A stretch of 64,000 bases of DNA from assembly GCF_011745625.1 (NCBI RefSeq), contig NW_027191454.1, forward strand, positions 62,001 through 126,000, given 5' to 3'. The stretch comes from Cladosporium halotolerans. Lineage: Eukaryota. Under the pieces are notes generated by a model. The model did not search any database. It was not told the origin of the DNA and worked only from the letters and a program-made list of their open reading frames with translations. Made by a program: the position numbers and the translations under genes. Shown here piece after piece: positions 13,601-28,134 of this stretch; within the stretch, counting starts at the first letter, position 1, and every line of letters starts with the position of its first letter.

Positions 13601-14342
13601 ACGGGGTCTGAGCCATGCCCACGCCACCCATCCCCTGTTGCCCGCTGCCTTCTCCACCAGCACCAGCTCCCAGTCCGAAGATATCGTCGATGATGGACTG
13701 ATCGTTGTTGCTACCTGGTGTCGACATGTCGAACTGGAAATAGTCATTGCTGGTCTGCTGGCTGTTGCTGGGGTTGAGAGAAGCATTCCATGCGTTCGGG
13801 TCGAAGCCTGCGCTCATAGCGGGACTCTGGCTGCGAAGGCTCTCCATGCTCCTGACATACTCGTTCTGGACCTGTTTGGGAACAGGCACCAGTCTCAGCT
13901 TCACCTCCAGCGTTTCCTTCACACCATTGCTGAACAGAGCCGGCAGGTTTTTGCAAACGCGTCCAGTGATCATGGTCTTGCTCTGGTGTGCCGGCACAAG
14001 CGGAGCGGAAGCGGCGAGGGCAGACGACAACATGCCCTGGCCCACGAGCGGCGTCTCATATTCACTGTAGTCGTAGGCGTAGATGGTGAAGTCTCCCTCG
14101 GCAAGTCTCGAAAGCAGTTCCGGTGAGGCGCCGACGATGGCCTGGATGCACTGCCGCAGCTCGATCACACCGACCTGGGCGTTGTCGTCGATTGCGACAG
14201 CAGGTATTTGTAGTGTCTCCGGGAATCGTGCCAGACAATTTGTTTTGTTCTCGTAGTCGAAAGTGTAGAGCACCTTCACACGCATAGGCCGCGTCGGTAT
14301 GTCGCCAAACGGGCTCCCTTCGTCGGTGGCCGGTGAATCCAT
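10654..14342 (-). CDS. Ams2/Spt21-like GATA zinc-finger transcription factor; exons 14342-12565 and 12466-10654
   Basis: N-terminal RPMRVKVLYTFD...KTNCLARF (Ams2/SPT21 N-terminal domain) and a split GATA finger CVHCGAIETPTWRR...ICNPCGLW; intron 12467-12564 (GTATGT..ACTGAC..TAG) fuses the two ORFs in frame. Confidence 0.85.
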
Positions 14343-14881
14343 GACAGGTTGGATGTCGGTGTAGAGGTCCAAGTGGTAATTCGAAGGGGGGAAGGGTGTT
14401 ATGGGAGCCGCTGCCAAGGCTCAAAGGTGCTGCTCGTGCTACCACATAGTAGTCGAAGAGGTGCGTCGTGATTAGGCGAATGGCGGGCGGCACGCGCTGA
14501 AAGGACGGTGATGAAGCAGCTGCAGTGAGCAAACAAGCAGCTGTTAATGTAAAAGCAAAAAAGTGGTCACGAGGTCGAGTGACAACCCGCGTTCACGTGT
14601 GCAAGAAAGAAATGTCGAAGTGAGTGGGAGATGTTGGACACGGGACGAAGAACGAGGCTGGTCGTAGCGCGTTGCGTTGCTAGATCAGCACTTTGACGCG
14701 GCGAGCGCGTTCAATTCCAAACGTTCCGCCATCGTCATTCGACCGCAGTCCCGAGCCGCCGCTAGCGCGTCTGGCTGCCCGCAAGAACTTCAACCTCACC
14801 CAGGCGCTTGAGCACAGCAGTCAGCACCCAATCAATAATTACCAGCCCGCGCGCCCATCTTGCCACGCGAAACAACTGACA

Positions 14882-15361
14882 ATGTCTTCCAACGATGCAA
14901 AGATTCAGTAAGCGCGATCACATGGTATTCATTGCGCCCGTGTTACATGACTGACCGTTTCACAGGGAGCTTCGCGGCAAGCCTCGCGCTGAGCTCAAGT
15001 ACGTAGTCTCGACTCTCTCACATGACCCCGAACGACCGCTCACATCATCCCTCACTACAGCGAATACGAACTAGATCTCCTCGAAACCCACGAGTTCACC
15101 TCTGGCCCTCTCTCCCTCCTCCAGACCGCCGTGCGCCAGCACGCCCAGGTGCTCATTTCGACCCGCAACAACCGCAAACTACTCGCGCGCGTCAAGGCGT
15201 TCGACCGCCACTGCAACATGGTGCTGGAGAACGTGAAGGAGATGTGGAGCGAGACGCCGAGGAACGCGGATGGCAAGAAAGGCAAGCCCATCAACCGCGA
15301 CCGCTTCATCAGCAAGCTGTTCCTGCGCGGCGACAGCGTGGTGCTGGTTCTGTTGTCGTAG
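14882..15361 (+). CDS. SMD2: Small nuclear ribonucleoprotein Sm D2; exons 14882-14907, 14966-14998, 15061-15361
   Basis: [48 protein letters not shown]...[13 protein letters not shown]; two GT-AG introns give a continuous frame. Confidence 0.95.
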
Positions 15362-15889
15362 GTGGAGATTGCTGGTCATCAGAAAACAGTAGCCAAATCA
15401 GGCAGCAGGTGAAAAGGGAAAGCAAAACCGGGGATGAGCGAACAATGATACCACGCAAGAGCAAATCTTGCAAGCCACGTGGCACAGGTGCGGCACGATG
15501 AATTGCCGAAGGAATCTGGCGTTCAGTGGTGGGAATGGGTATTGGTAATTTGTGCGGCCAGACCACCACACTGATGAACGGGAAAGACCTCGCTGCTGAC
15601 ACATGTCTCCTCAGGCCGTATACTGAGCGCGTTCAAGCGAGGCGTCGGTTGGCCGAGGACCTGCAGAAAAGCAGGCTTACGAAAACTAAATGAAAATGAT
15701 TTGACAGACCAGACATTACTTCAGTCCATTCCACGTGTGATCAAGACTGCTCGATTCTGGCACGTTGCACGTGATGACCAGGTAGGCCGAGAGGAAACGC
15801 GAGGTTTTGGAACGTAAAGATTCTTTGCATTTACATCATTACTGCATCTAATCACACAGGATTCCCAGTCTGGGCTAAGCCGGCTACCA

Positions 15890-17359
15890 TCACTTCTGCG
15901 CAGCATCGAGCAGACCCTGCAAGTTGATCGACTTAGGCCTCTCGATCGGCAGACCCAGCGCGCGATCCCAGACCAGCTGAGCAAGCGGGCCGAGACCTCT
16001 GCTCACACCGAAAGTTGCAGTGTAGTAGAGCGTCTCCTTGAAACCGTAGTGGTGGAACAGTACGCCAGAGCTAGAGTCCACGTTGGGGTAGGGGTTCTTG
16101 GTCTTGCCGTGCTCGGTCAGGACGCCGGGCGCGATCTCGCTGTTCTTCTTGACGAGCTGGAAGACCGGATCGGCGGCGATCTCGGGGCGCGCAGTCGCGA
16201 AGTCCATGAGGGCCTCGAAGCGAGGGTCGGGCTTGCGCAGCACGGCGTGGCCATAGCCGGGGATGACGCGGCCGGATTTGAGCGTCGACCACAGGTAGTC
16301 CTTGACGTCTTGCTCGGAGAATTTGGTGCCGACGTGCTCCTGCATCTGCAGGATCCAGCGGAGCACCTCTTGCGCGGCGAGGCCGTGCAGAGGGCCAGCG
16401 AGACCCTGAAGGCCAGCGGAGTAGGACAGGAAGGGATCGCTGAGGGCAGAGCCGACCAAGTGCGTAGCGTGCGCACTCACGTTGCCGCCCTCGTGGTCGC
16501 CGTGGAGGGCGAGGTAGAGGCGCAGCAGGTCCTGGAAGCCCTCGTTCTCCTTGCCACCCTTGCCGAGCATCGCGGCGAAGTTGTACGACCAGTCCTGGTT
16601 GACGTCGATCTCAGCTGGCAGTGCTCCGCCTCCGCGGTAAGCGTTCTGGTAGATCTTGGCAGCAATGGTGGGGAGCTTTGCGAGAAGGCTCATACAATCG
16701 TCGAAAGTCGGCTCCCAGTAATCGGCCTTGTTCAGTCCCTGCTCGTACTTTTTCGCGAACACCGACTCGTGGTTCAAGGCACTGACTGCGCAAGCGAACT
16801 GTGTCATGGGGTGAAGATCCTTGGGGAAGTTGTCGAGCATCTTCTCAACATAGGCAGGAATCTGGCCCTGCTCTGCCCACTGCTTGCTGAGTGCGCGAAC
16901 TTGGTTGGTGCTGGGGACTTGGCCGGTGAGCAGAAGCCAGAACATAGATTCCGGCAGCATCTCGGTACCAGAAGTGCCCTTGGGGAGCTCCTTCTGGCAG
17001 TCCTTGATTGTGCGGCCGTGGAAGCGGATGCCCTCGTCGGCGTCCAGCACCGAGCCCTCCCAGACCATGGCTTTCAGGCCACGCATGCCTCCGAGGGTGT
17101 TCTCGATCTTAACCTCGCCAATTGATTTGGAGGACTGTGCCTTGACCTTCTTGAGCAGCTCACGCTTCTCCGGAATCACCGACTTGAGGGTCTCCTTGAG
17201 ATCAGGCTCGGCGGTGGCATAGCTGCGAGAGGCATTGAAGATGGGCGTGGCATTGCGGAGCTGCAAGTCTGTTAGTAGAACACTTCGATACCAATCATGA
17301 ATCGCCCTTACCTTGGAAGCTCTCACAGCCCTCGTTGCGGTTCTCGCCGACAGCGACAT
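15890..17359 (-). CDS. mcsA: Mitochondrial 2-methylcitrate synthase (citrate synthase family); intron 17261-17311
   Basis: Citrate-synthase motifs DHEGGNVSAH, GYGHAVLRKPDPR and PNVD; YATAEPDLK and GTEMLPE segments match fungal McsA rather than Cit1; Arg-rich presequence; divergent from methylisocitrate lyase. Confidence 0.85.
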   Translation of the reverse strand: MSLSARTATRAVRASKVRAIHDWYRSVLLTDLQLRNATPIFNASRSYATAEPDLKETLKSVIPEKRELLKKVKAQSSKSIGEVKIENTLGGMRGLKAMVWEGSVLDADEGIRFHGRTIKDCQKELPKGTSGTEMLPESMFWLLLTGQVPSTNQVRALSKQWAEQGQIPAYVEKMLDNFPKDLHPMTQFACAVSALNHESVFAKKYEQGLNKADYWEPTFDDCMSLLAKLPTIAAKIYQNAYRGGGALPAEIDVNQDWSYNFAAMLGKGGKENEGFQDLLRLYLALHGDHEGGNVSAHATHLVGSALSDPFLSYSAGLQGLAGPLHGLAAQEVLRWILQMQEHVGTKFSEQDVKDYLWSTLKSGRVIPGYGHAVLRKPDPRFEALMDFATARPEIAADPVFQLVKKNSEIAPGVLTEHGKTKNPYPNVDSSSGVLFHHYGFKETLYYTATFGVSRGLGPLAQLVWDRALGLPIERPKSINLQGLLDAAQK

Positions 17360-17869
17360 TGTCAAGGCGGTGCTTCTTCGTCTGTAAAGTGTCGATACGG
17401 GAACAAGCAGAGAGACGCGACGAACTTATGAAGTTTCGAGTGGACGAGAAGACACAAGCGGTCAATGGCCGATACGTGGGTCGCTAGGACGTGCAGGGGG
17501 AACAAAAGTTGAGCTCAGCAACTGCTTGTGCATGATTCCGCCCACCCAGGTGGATTGCTTGGACCGAGACATCGATTGCCTCGGTAGCTCCAGAGCTCGG
17601 CTTAGGAATGACGCGGGTGGCCGCTGGAGCTGGAGACAAAAGTTGGGGTTCTCCGCTCTCGCAACGACGGCGACGACGCTTGGACATGCGCGGACATAGA
17701 CGGGTGTGAGCGACCCAGATGCCAGCGCCGAATAAATTATAAGCCTCTTCCCTTAGACCGAACTCACTCATACTCGGCTAGGACGCTGTCAGCATACACA
17801 ATTGTCCGTTGTTGCTGTGGCATGGGAAGGTAACTCGACATACCCACCACAGCCCTTCTTTGCGACACC
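17360..17869. promoter_or_regulatory. Putative bidirectional promoter of the methylcitrate-cycle gene pair
   Basis: 510-bp gap between head-to-head start codons of two genes from one pathway; AT-rich element AATAAATTATAA near 17731-17742. Confidence 0.55.
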
Positions 17870-19713
17870 ATGTTTCGATCCGCCTCACGGGCATTGCGCC
17901 AACAGCGTCGCTCGCTATACAAGCCAAGAGCGATCCAATCCGCGATTCGACCTCTGTCATACGGTGCAGCTCATATGTCGGGCTCCCTCACGCCCGTAGA
18001 ACCGCCTCTCCCGGCTACGCAACCCACCGACTCTTTCCACCTTCTTTCGACCGAAGAGAAAGCCGCTGCAGAAGACGATATTTTCAATGAACAAGTCAAG
18101 CAAGTCAAGGATTGGTGGGCAAGTCCAAGATATGAGGGCATCAAGCGTCCGTACAGCGCGGAGACGGTGGTGAGCAAACGCGGCACACTGCAGCAGGTGT
18201 ACCCCTCCAGCCTGATGGCCAGGAAACTGTTCAATCTGCTTGAGAAAAGGGCGAAGGAAGGAAAGCCCGTACACACAAGTAGGTCTGCGGGTTGGGTACG
18301 AACACGGCACATTTGCTTACATGCTCGATCGCAGTGGGAGCCATTGATCCCGTTCAGATGACCCAACAAGCAGCACACCAAGAAATTCTCTACGTATCTG
18401 GCTGGGCTTGCTCTTCAGTCCTCACTTCGACTAACGAGGTCTCGCCCGACTTTGGAGACTACCCATACAACACTGTGCCGAACCAGGTTCAAAGATTGTT
18501 CAAAGCACAGCAGCTGCACGACAGGCGACACTTTGACCAGAGAAGAGCAATGAGCGCGGACCAAAAGAAGCAGACTCCGTACGTCGACTACTTGCGACCG
18601 ATTGTAGCGGATGGTGATACGGGTCACGGTGGATTGAGCGCCGTGATGAAGCTGGCAAAGCTTTTCGCGGAGAACGGTGCCGCAGGTGTTCATTTCGAAG
18701 ACCAGCTTCACGGTGGTAAGAAGTGCGGCCATTTGGCCGGCAAGGTCCTGGTCCCTGTTGGCGAGCACATCAACCGCCTGAACGCCACGCGCTTCCAGTG
18801 GGATCTTATGGGCTGCGAGAACCTCGTGATTGCCCGCACTGACTCGGAAAGTGGCAAGCTGCTCTCCTCGGCAATTGACGCTCGCGACCACGAGTACATC
18901 CTGGGTATCACAGAAGAAGCGGAGCCGCTTGCAGAGACTCTGCAGACCATGGAAATGCAAGGCGCGTCGGGCGCCGAAGTGGACGCCTTCGAGGCCGAAT
19001 GGGTGAAGAAGCACAAGCTCGTCACCTTCGACGAAGCCGCAGAAGCTCACATCAAGGCCGCCGGCAAGGACGCCGGCGCATACCTCTCCGAAATGCAAAA
19101 GAACCGCAACACCCCCCTCCACCGCCGCCGCAAACTCGCGGCCGAAATCGCCGGCAGCCCCGTCACCTTCAGCTGGGACATCCCGCGGACGCGCGAGGGC
19201 TTCTACCACTACCGCGCGGGCCTGCCGGCCGCGACGAAGCGTGCGATCGAGTTCGCGCCCTTCGCCGACCTGCTCTGGCTCGAGACGGCGGACCCGTCCG
19301 TCAAGAAGGCGGCGGGCTTCGCGGGCGAGATCCGCGCCGCGTGCCCTGGCAAGAAGCTGGTGTACAACCTGTCGCCGTCCTTCAATTGGTCCGGCCACGG
19401 CTTCACGGACACCGACCTGAAGAACTTCATCTGGGACCTGGCGACTCACGGCTTCGTGCTGCAGCTCATCAGCCTGGCGGGCCTGCACAGCACGGCTACT
19501 ATCACCAACGAGCTGGCTAAGGCGTACAAGACTGATGGCATGAAGGCTTACGTTGATCTTGTGCAGAGGAGGGAGAAGGAGCTGGGCTGCGATGTTCTTA
19601 CGCATCAGAAGTGGAGCGGCGCGGGCTACATGGATGGCATCATTGGCGCGATCCAGGCTGGTAGCTCGGGCAGCAAGAGCATGGGAGAGGGCAACACGGA
19701 GGGTAGCTTCTAG
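17870..19713 (+). CDS. mclA: Mitochondrial 2-methylisocitrate lyase (isocitrate lyase family); exons 17870-18278 and 18335-19713
   Basis: [13 protein letters not shown] active-site motif (ICL proper typically has KKCGHM), [17 protein letters not shown]; mitochondrial-type N-terminus; intron removal restores HTMGAIDP. Confidence 0.88.
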
Positions 19714-20019
19714 TGTGACGATAGACATAACATGTAAAATTCGTTGGCAATGATTGCGATGCTCTTTTACAGAAAACCGATCATAATGGCAAAGGAACTG
19801 GGGTTCTGTATTCACAATGGTTCACGCCAGCGATCCAGAGCAGCAAAGCTCAAGGTCGAAAGTTCGCACAACGTGCGATGTTTATATAAAATAAGCGTAT
19901 GAATCGAATGTAAAGTATGCCTCCTTTTGATTGTTCCGCACACCACTGGTCTGATCATCTCGGACCAACAGCCAGCTCAGAACCCACCACGGACTCAACG
20001 CCTCAAACAAAGAACTCGC

Positions 20020-21298
20020 TTAAAGGGTGTTGCCAGCAGTGCCAGGGATGCCAGAGATGTTGCTAGCATCGTCGGCCTCAACAGCGTTCTCGCCGATCTG
20101 GCTGAGAACAGAGCTGTCAGTGCCGTCGAGCTTGCCGGAGCTGGAGAAGGTGTTGCCCTTGCAGGCGCGGCCGAGGGCGGACTGGCAGGCGGAGTCGTCA
20201 GAGGTCGGGGCGTAGAGCGCGGCGGTGTTGTCAGTGACGGGGGTCTTGACGTTCTCGAAGACGGAGCCCTCGATCAGCGCATAGGCGTCCTCGCCCTCGA
20301 AGGCGTGGCCCTCGATGTCGTCCCAGTAGTTGTTGGGCATGTGGACGGTAGCGCCGCCGCCGAGCTTGGGGGAACGGCCGCCTGTGGGGGATATTAGCGT
20401 AATGGGGTGGGATGGGGATTCAGGGTACTGTACCGGTGTGATAGATGTAGTTGTTCTTGAAGGTGATGGTGTCCTTCTCACCAGTGAGGTAGACACCCCA
20501 GTAGTGGTAAGAGTTGCAGTTAGCAGACCAGCTGGTGGTACCGTTGACTGTTGAGTTGTTAGCCAGTGTTATGGCGCTGAGGCGTGAAGATCCATCATAC
20601 CGAAGTGGTTGGAGATGGTCACACCATCGTTTCCGGCGTTGCCAGTAACGATGTGCTGGCGGCCGACGAGAGAAGTCTTGAAATGGTCAGCTTTGCTGCT
20701 CAGGTCTTTAAGGCCGCGGTCTGTATACCGTGACATGGTCAACCCAGACGTTGGAGCTACCATCAAGAGTGATAGCATCACCGCCCCAGACGTACTGGGG
20801 GTTGAGCTCAGAGATGGCAATGTTTTGGATGATGACATTGTCAACGCCGCCAGCGAGGCGGAGACCCTTGCCAAGGAGGACGCCGTTCTGGCCGTCACCG
20901 ATGATGGTCTTGTCACTCTTGACCTGGATCGGGTTCAAGGCGGCCTTGTCATAGTTGACGTCGGCAGAGGGGGCATCGGCCTGGTAGTTGCTGCACCAGT
21001 CGTCCTTGTTGATGGCGATTTGGCAGCCGGAGTCGGTGCCGTAAGGAGCACAGCCAGTCTCAGAGGCAGTGCCCTCGGTCTTCCTGAAGTCGAAGGTCTG
21101 CGACAGGACAACGGTCAAAGGATCGGAAGAAGTCAGGTAGTTCTCGAGCTCCTCGGTTGAGGTCGGCGTCACGGTCTTGCCAGCGGCGCCGCCAGTGGCC
21201 TTGGATCCATAGCCTTCAGGCTTGCCAGAAACGGACTGAGCAGAGACAACTGAGGTGGCGGCGACAAGGGCTGCGCCCAGCGCAGCAATGGAAGGCAT
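20020..21298 (-). CDS. Secreted pectin lyase (polysaccharide lyase family 1); exons 21298-20729, 20676-20601, 20547-20434, 20381-20020
   Basis: Signal peptide MPSIAALGAALVAATSVVSA; motifs NPQYVWGGDAITL, VWVDH, GRQH and GRSPKLGG; three GT-AG introns give an open frame. Confidence 0.9.
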
Positions 21299-22664
21299 TT
21301 TTGGAGATATGAAGAGAGTGAATGAACGAGATGGCTGAAAGAAAGTGAATTGGCTTATTCTGAAAAGATCGCTGACAGCAGGAGCGTCTGCGTTTTGTAC
21401 ATGTTCTCTCGGGGACTCTCGCGTACGCGACGCAGCCCTGTGAAAGAGCTGCGTCGGCACACATAGGGCTCATTTAGGCGGTTCCATGTAACACCATAGG
21501 GTTAGAAACATGCCAGAAGGTTCAGATCCATGCTTAATTGAAAGAAGCGGAGCGCGACGAGGTTGGCGAGTGCCACGGGCCGACGCCGTCAATATGCGGC
21601 TCTTCTTGAAAAACTCCGAAGATCCACGAGGATGAGAGTAGAAGTGCTAACTGCAGAAAGGCTTAAAATCCGATTGCTGGGATATTTGGTGCACCTAGAG
21701 TGGTGAGGATTGCGATCGTCGGTCGGCGAGGGCAAGCTGCAAAGCCATGCTCTTTTTTGCCGTTCGCCGAGCGGGCTTCAGTCCACTTGCGGTTTGCTGT
21801 GTCCGACTCAGCTGTTTCAGAATGCCGCTATAGTCGCAGATTGAACATTGTCGTATAACCAGACCCTCCAGACTAGGGCAACGGATGTCGTCGGAGCGAA
21901 CTCAGCTTGGTGGTCTCGACAAACGTCCCGACTCAGCTCTCCGGTCGTCTCTCAAACTCGGCGGAAACAACGGCACAAAGGAGCATCGCGCGGCGTCTTC
22001 ATGTTCAAGAGTCAGACAAATCAAACGCTTCCCGCCAGCCCTCATTCAGGGATATCCAAGGTTCATTGTCAAGCACATGGCGGAGCACATGGCGGAGTCA
22101 TGTACTATCTGTGAGGCTAAGCATAAAAGCTTGACCACGGCGCGGAGCCTTTTGGGCGGGATTGATTAAGCTTGACTCTGTTAGCCGCAGACACACACGC
22201 GTAGCATGGGATTGTACAGTAGTGTCACAGCGAGGTTCAGGGTGCGAGTCAATTGTGCTGTGCCTTGTGCTCTGGAAGCAGATGAAGGCGGATCTCCGAC
22301 CGTCTTTCGGGGGATCACGCGAGTAATGCAACATCGTAGTCACGTGTTAATACCCAGTCGCAACAAGATCTCATGTTTGTATTTCCACACGCAAGTGCAA
22401 GTGCTGGTGCAAAGCTCGCGGTGAGCGGCTTTGATAACACAAATGGCACGCGTCGACTTCATCGAAGGTCTTGTGACAGCCTTACGCATCTGTGCCTCGG
22501 TCGAGTGAGGTCCGTATCGCGCCTTTTGTCCTCAATCGAATTTGAATCGGACAACTTCACACCGAGTCTGATCGAGCCAACCTCGATTGCCATTCGTGGG
22601 AACTCGGGGATCTTCATATGGTGTCTAGGAACGCTGAGAGATCCCCGACCCCCAAGACTTCACG

Positions 22665-23002
22665 TCAATCACCGGTGCGGGGCATGCAATGATGAGCCTC
22701 AGCTCCTCAATTCTGAACCCGAGGTATCGGAGTTGACGTTTTGCAATATTTTGAGACCCCATCGCCAATTCATTATCTGGCACTTGCAGACTCGATATGG
22801 ACACTAGCCATAATAGCTCTCACTGACTGATCTCAGCCAATCAAGAACAAGCCACACTCACATGGTTGGCTCCCGTTCTCAAAATCATGCATGCCCCCAC
22901 ATATTCCGCCAGCCTGTCCAAGTTTCCGTGTTCATAAAAAAGTCCTGATCTACAATTTCAACTAGCGCAGCTCCAAGACTTTGTTCAATCGCCGGTGCGG
23001 GG
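22665..23002. promoter_or_regulatory. Duplicated 18-bp element TCAATCRCCGGTGCGGGG (22665-22682 and 22985-23002) containing a CreA-type SYGGRG box
   Basis: 17/18 identical direct repeat upstream of the beta-glucuronidase ATG; GCGGGG fits the CreA/Mig1 consensus. Confidence 0.55.
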
Positions 23003-23125
23003 ACAACAGATCTCAGTCGCCGACGATGTATATTGTGTTGTGCCATATATAGACGAAAGACCTATGGCCGGGATGAGCAATGGCTTGATAGTCTAAATGA
23101 TATTAAAACCTCCTCTCCATTCATC

Positions 23126-25027
23126 ATGAAGTTCCAAGCAGCTATATCGCTCCTGTCATTGATTGCTCCCTCGCTTGGTGATCAGACGAACAACTCACAC
23201 CCCCTTGATGGATCTCATCGGGACAATCGATCGTTGATCAATCTCAAGCCACAACGCACTTCGACCCGCGAACTAGTTAGCCTCGATGGCTTGTGGAACT
23301 TTGCGCTGGCTCCTGACGGCAACAACACATCGACATGGACAGATCCATTGCCAAAAGGTCTCGAATGCCCCGTTCCTGCTTCCTACAACGATATCTTCGT
23401 AGATCGCAAGATTCACGACCACGTAGGCTGGGTCCTTTACCAGAGAGATGTTATTGTTCCCAAAGGCTGGTCTCAAGAGAGATATCTGGTTCGAGCCGAA
23501 GCCGCCACGCATAAAGGTCGAATCTACGTGAACGATCGCCTACTCGTTGAACATGTAGGCGGTTACACGCCTTTCGAAGCCGACATAACCGACCTCGTCA
23601 AGGCTGGGGAGAAGTTTCGTTTGACCATCGCCGTGGACAACGAGCTCACCTTCCAGACGATTCCTCCCGGCCAAATTACAGTAGGGGAAGCCACTGGCAA
23701 GAAGACGCAAACGTACTTTCACGACTTCTATAACTATGCCGGTCTTGCTCGTTCTGTCTGGCTGTACTCGGTACCTCGCCAGCACATTCAGGACGTTACC
23801 ATCGTGACGGATGTTCAGAACACGGCCGGTCTCATCAACTACGATGTGAAGGTGTCTAACAACACCACTGGCGAAATCAGTATTTCTGTGGTTGATGAAG
23901 ACGGCACCATCGTCGCGAATGCGACCGGGGCCCAAGGCACCGTCTCCATCGACTCGGTGAACCTGTGGCAGCCAGGAGCTGCCTATCTATATCAATTCGA
24001 GGTCAGCATAGTGGAGTCTGGCGAGACCCTAGACACCTACAGCATCGCCACGGGCGTTCGCACCGTCGAGATCAGAGGGACGCAATTTCTCATCAACGGA
24101 AACCCCTTCTACTTCACGGGTTTCGGCGCGCACGAGGATACGACTGTGCGAGGCAAAGGGCACGATCAAGCCTACATGGTGCACGACTTCCAACTCCGTC
24201 AATGGATGGGCGCGAACTCGTTCCGCACATCTCACTACCCGTACGCCGAAGAAGTCATGGACTTCGCCGACCGAAACGGCATCGTTGTCATCGACGAGAC
24301 AGCAGCCGTCGGTCTGAACATTGGCTTGACGAGCGGGACAGTCGGCGAAGCGCCTTCGACTTTCAGCCCGGAGAGGATCAACAACGAAACGCGAGAGGTC
24401 CACGCGCAAGCCATCCGCGAGCTGGTCCACCGCGACAAGAACCATGCCAGCGTTGTCTTCTGGTCGATCGCCAACGAGCCGGCTTCAAACGAGGAAGGCT
24501 CCCGTGAGTACTTCGAGCCGCTCGCCAAGTTGACCCGGGAACTCGACCCCAGCCGACCCGTTGCGTTTGTGAACGTCGGCGCGGCGGATTACGAGAAAGA
24601 CCTGATCTCCGACCTCTTCGATATCACCTGCATCAACCGCTACTTCGGCTGGTACTCGCAGACCGGCGATCTCGAGGAAGCAGAAGCAGCTCTCGAAGCA
24701 GAATTGCAGGGCTGGGAGCAGAAGTTCAACCGGCCGATTATCATGACCGAGTACGGTGCAGACACCGTCGCAGGCCTGCACTCGGTCTTCGGCCTGCCGT
24801 GGAGTGAGGAGTTCCAGGTGGATATGCTCGACATGTATCATCGGGTCTTCGATCGCACACCGGCGATGGCGGGCGAGCATGTCTGGAACTTCGCTGATTT
24901 CCAGACCAGCGTGGGAGTTCGTCGGGTGGACGGCAACAAGAAGGGTGTCTTCACGAGGGACCGCAAGCCGAAGGCAGCGGCGCACAGCTTGCGGAAGAGG
25001 TGGACGGAGATGGGTGCGAGCAAGTGA
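23126..25027 (+). CDS. uidA: Secreted beta-glucuronidase, GH2 (UidA/GUS-like)
   Basis: FRTSHYPY, acid/base WSIANEP, nucleophile MTEYG, glucuronidase-specific WNFADF and GNKKG motifs; signal peptide MKFQAAISLLSLIAPSLG; intronless. Confidence 0.92.
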   Translation: MKFQAAISLLSLIAPSLGDQTNNSHPLDGSHRDNRSLINLKPQRTSTRELVSLDGLWNFALAPDGNNTSTWTDPLPKGLECPVPASYNDIFVDRKIHDHVGWVLYQRDVIVPKGWSQERYLVRAEAATHKGRIYVNDRLLVEHVGGYTPFEADITDLVKAGEKFRLTIAVDNELTFQTIPPGQITVGEATGKKTQTYFHDFYNYAGLARSVWLYSVPRQHIQDVTIVTDVQNTAGLINYDVKVSNNTTGEISISVVDEDGTIVANATGAQGTVSIDSVNLWQPGAAYLYQFEVSIVESGETLDTYSIATGVRTVEIRGTQFLINGNPFYFTGFGAHEDTTVRGKGHDQAYMVHDFQLRQWMGANSFRTSHYPYAEEVMDFADRNGIVVIDETAAVGLNIGLTSGTVGEAPSTFSPERINNETREVHAQAIRELVHRDKNHASVVFWSIANEPASNEEGSREYFEPLAKLTRELDPSRPVAFVNVGAADYEKDLISDLFDITCINRYFGWYSQTGDLEEAEAALEAELQGWEQKFNRPIIMTEYGADTVAGLHSVFGLPWSEEFQVDMLDMYHRVFDRTPAMAGEHVWNFADFQTSVGVRRVDGNKKGVFTRDRKPKAAAHSLRKRWTEMGASK

Positions 25028-25422
25028 GTCCGTACGTAAGAGCATGTGACGTGCGCTGGCGGCTGGGCTGTGTAGTAAATCAAATGCTGAACGGCACGCG
25101 GCACGACGAAAGCAATGCGCCTCCAACCCACAACTCCTCAGTGACATGAGAAGATTTCTAATGTGGATGCGTCTGATATTTCGCATTAGCAGTATATCGT
25201 CCTCTCAGAAAGCATACTGACCGCTTCATTTCCTTGGCCCAATTGGAATCAGGATGTGTCAGCAGTCGGTGTCTGCAAGATTACATGCAATTTTTTGAGG
25301 TCAACAGAGGTTTCTCTCGCGTGACAGCATGGGTCTGAGCTTGTTTGAAAAAATGGAACAGCGATGTACAACATCTATGGAAAAGAAATCAACCCCGTAA
25401 TATCCCTCCTCCTACAAATACT

Positions 25423-28134
<2,712 letters not shown>

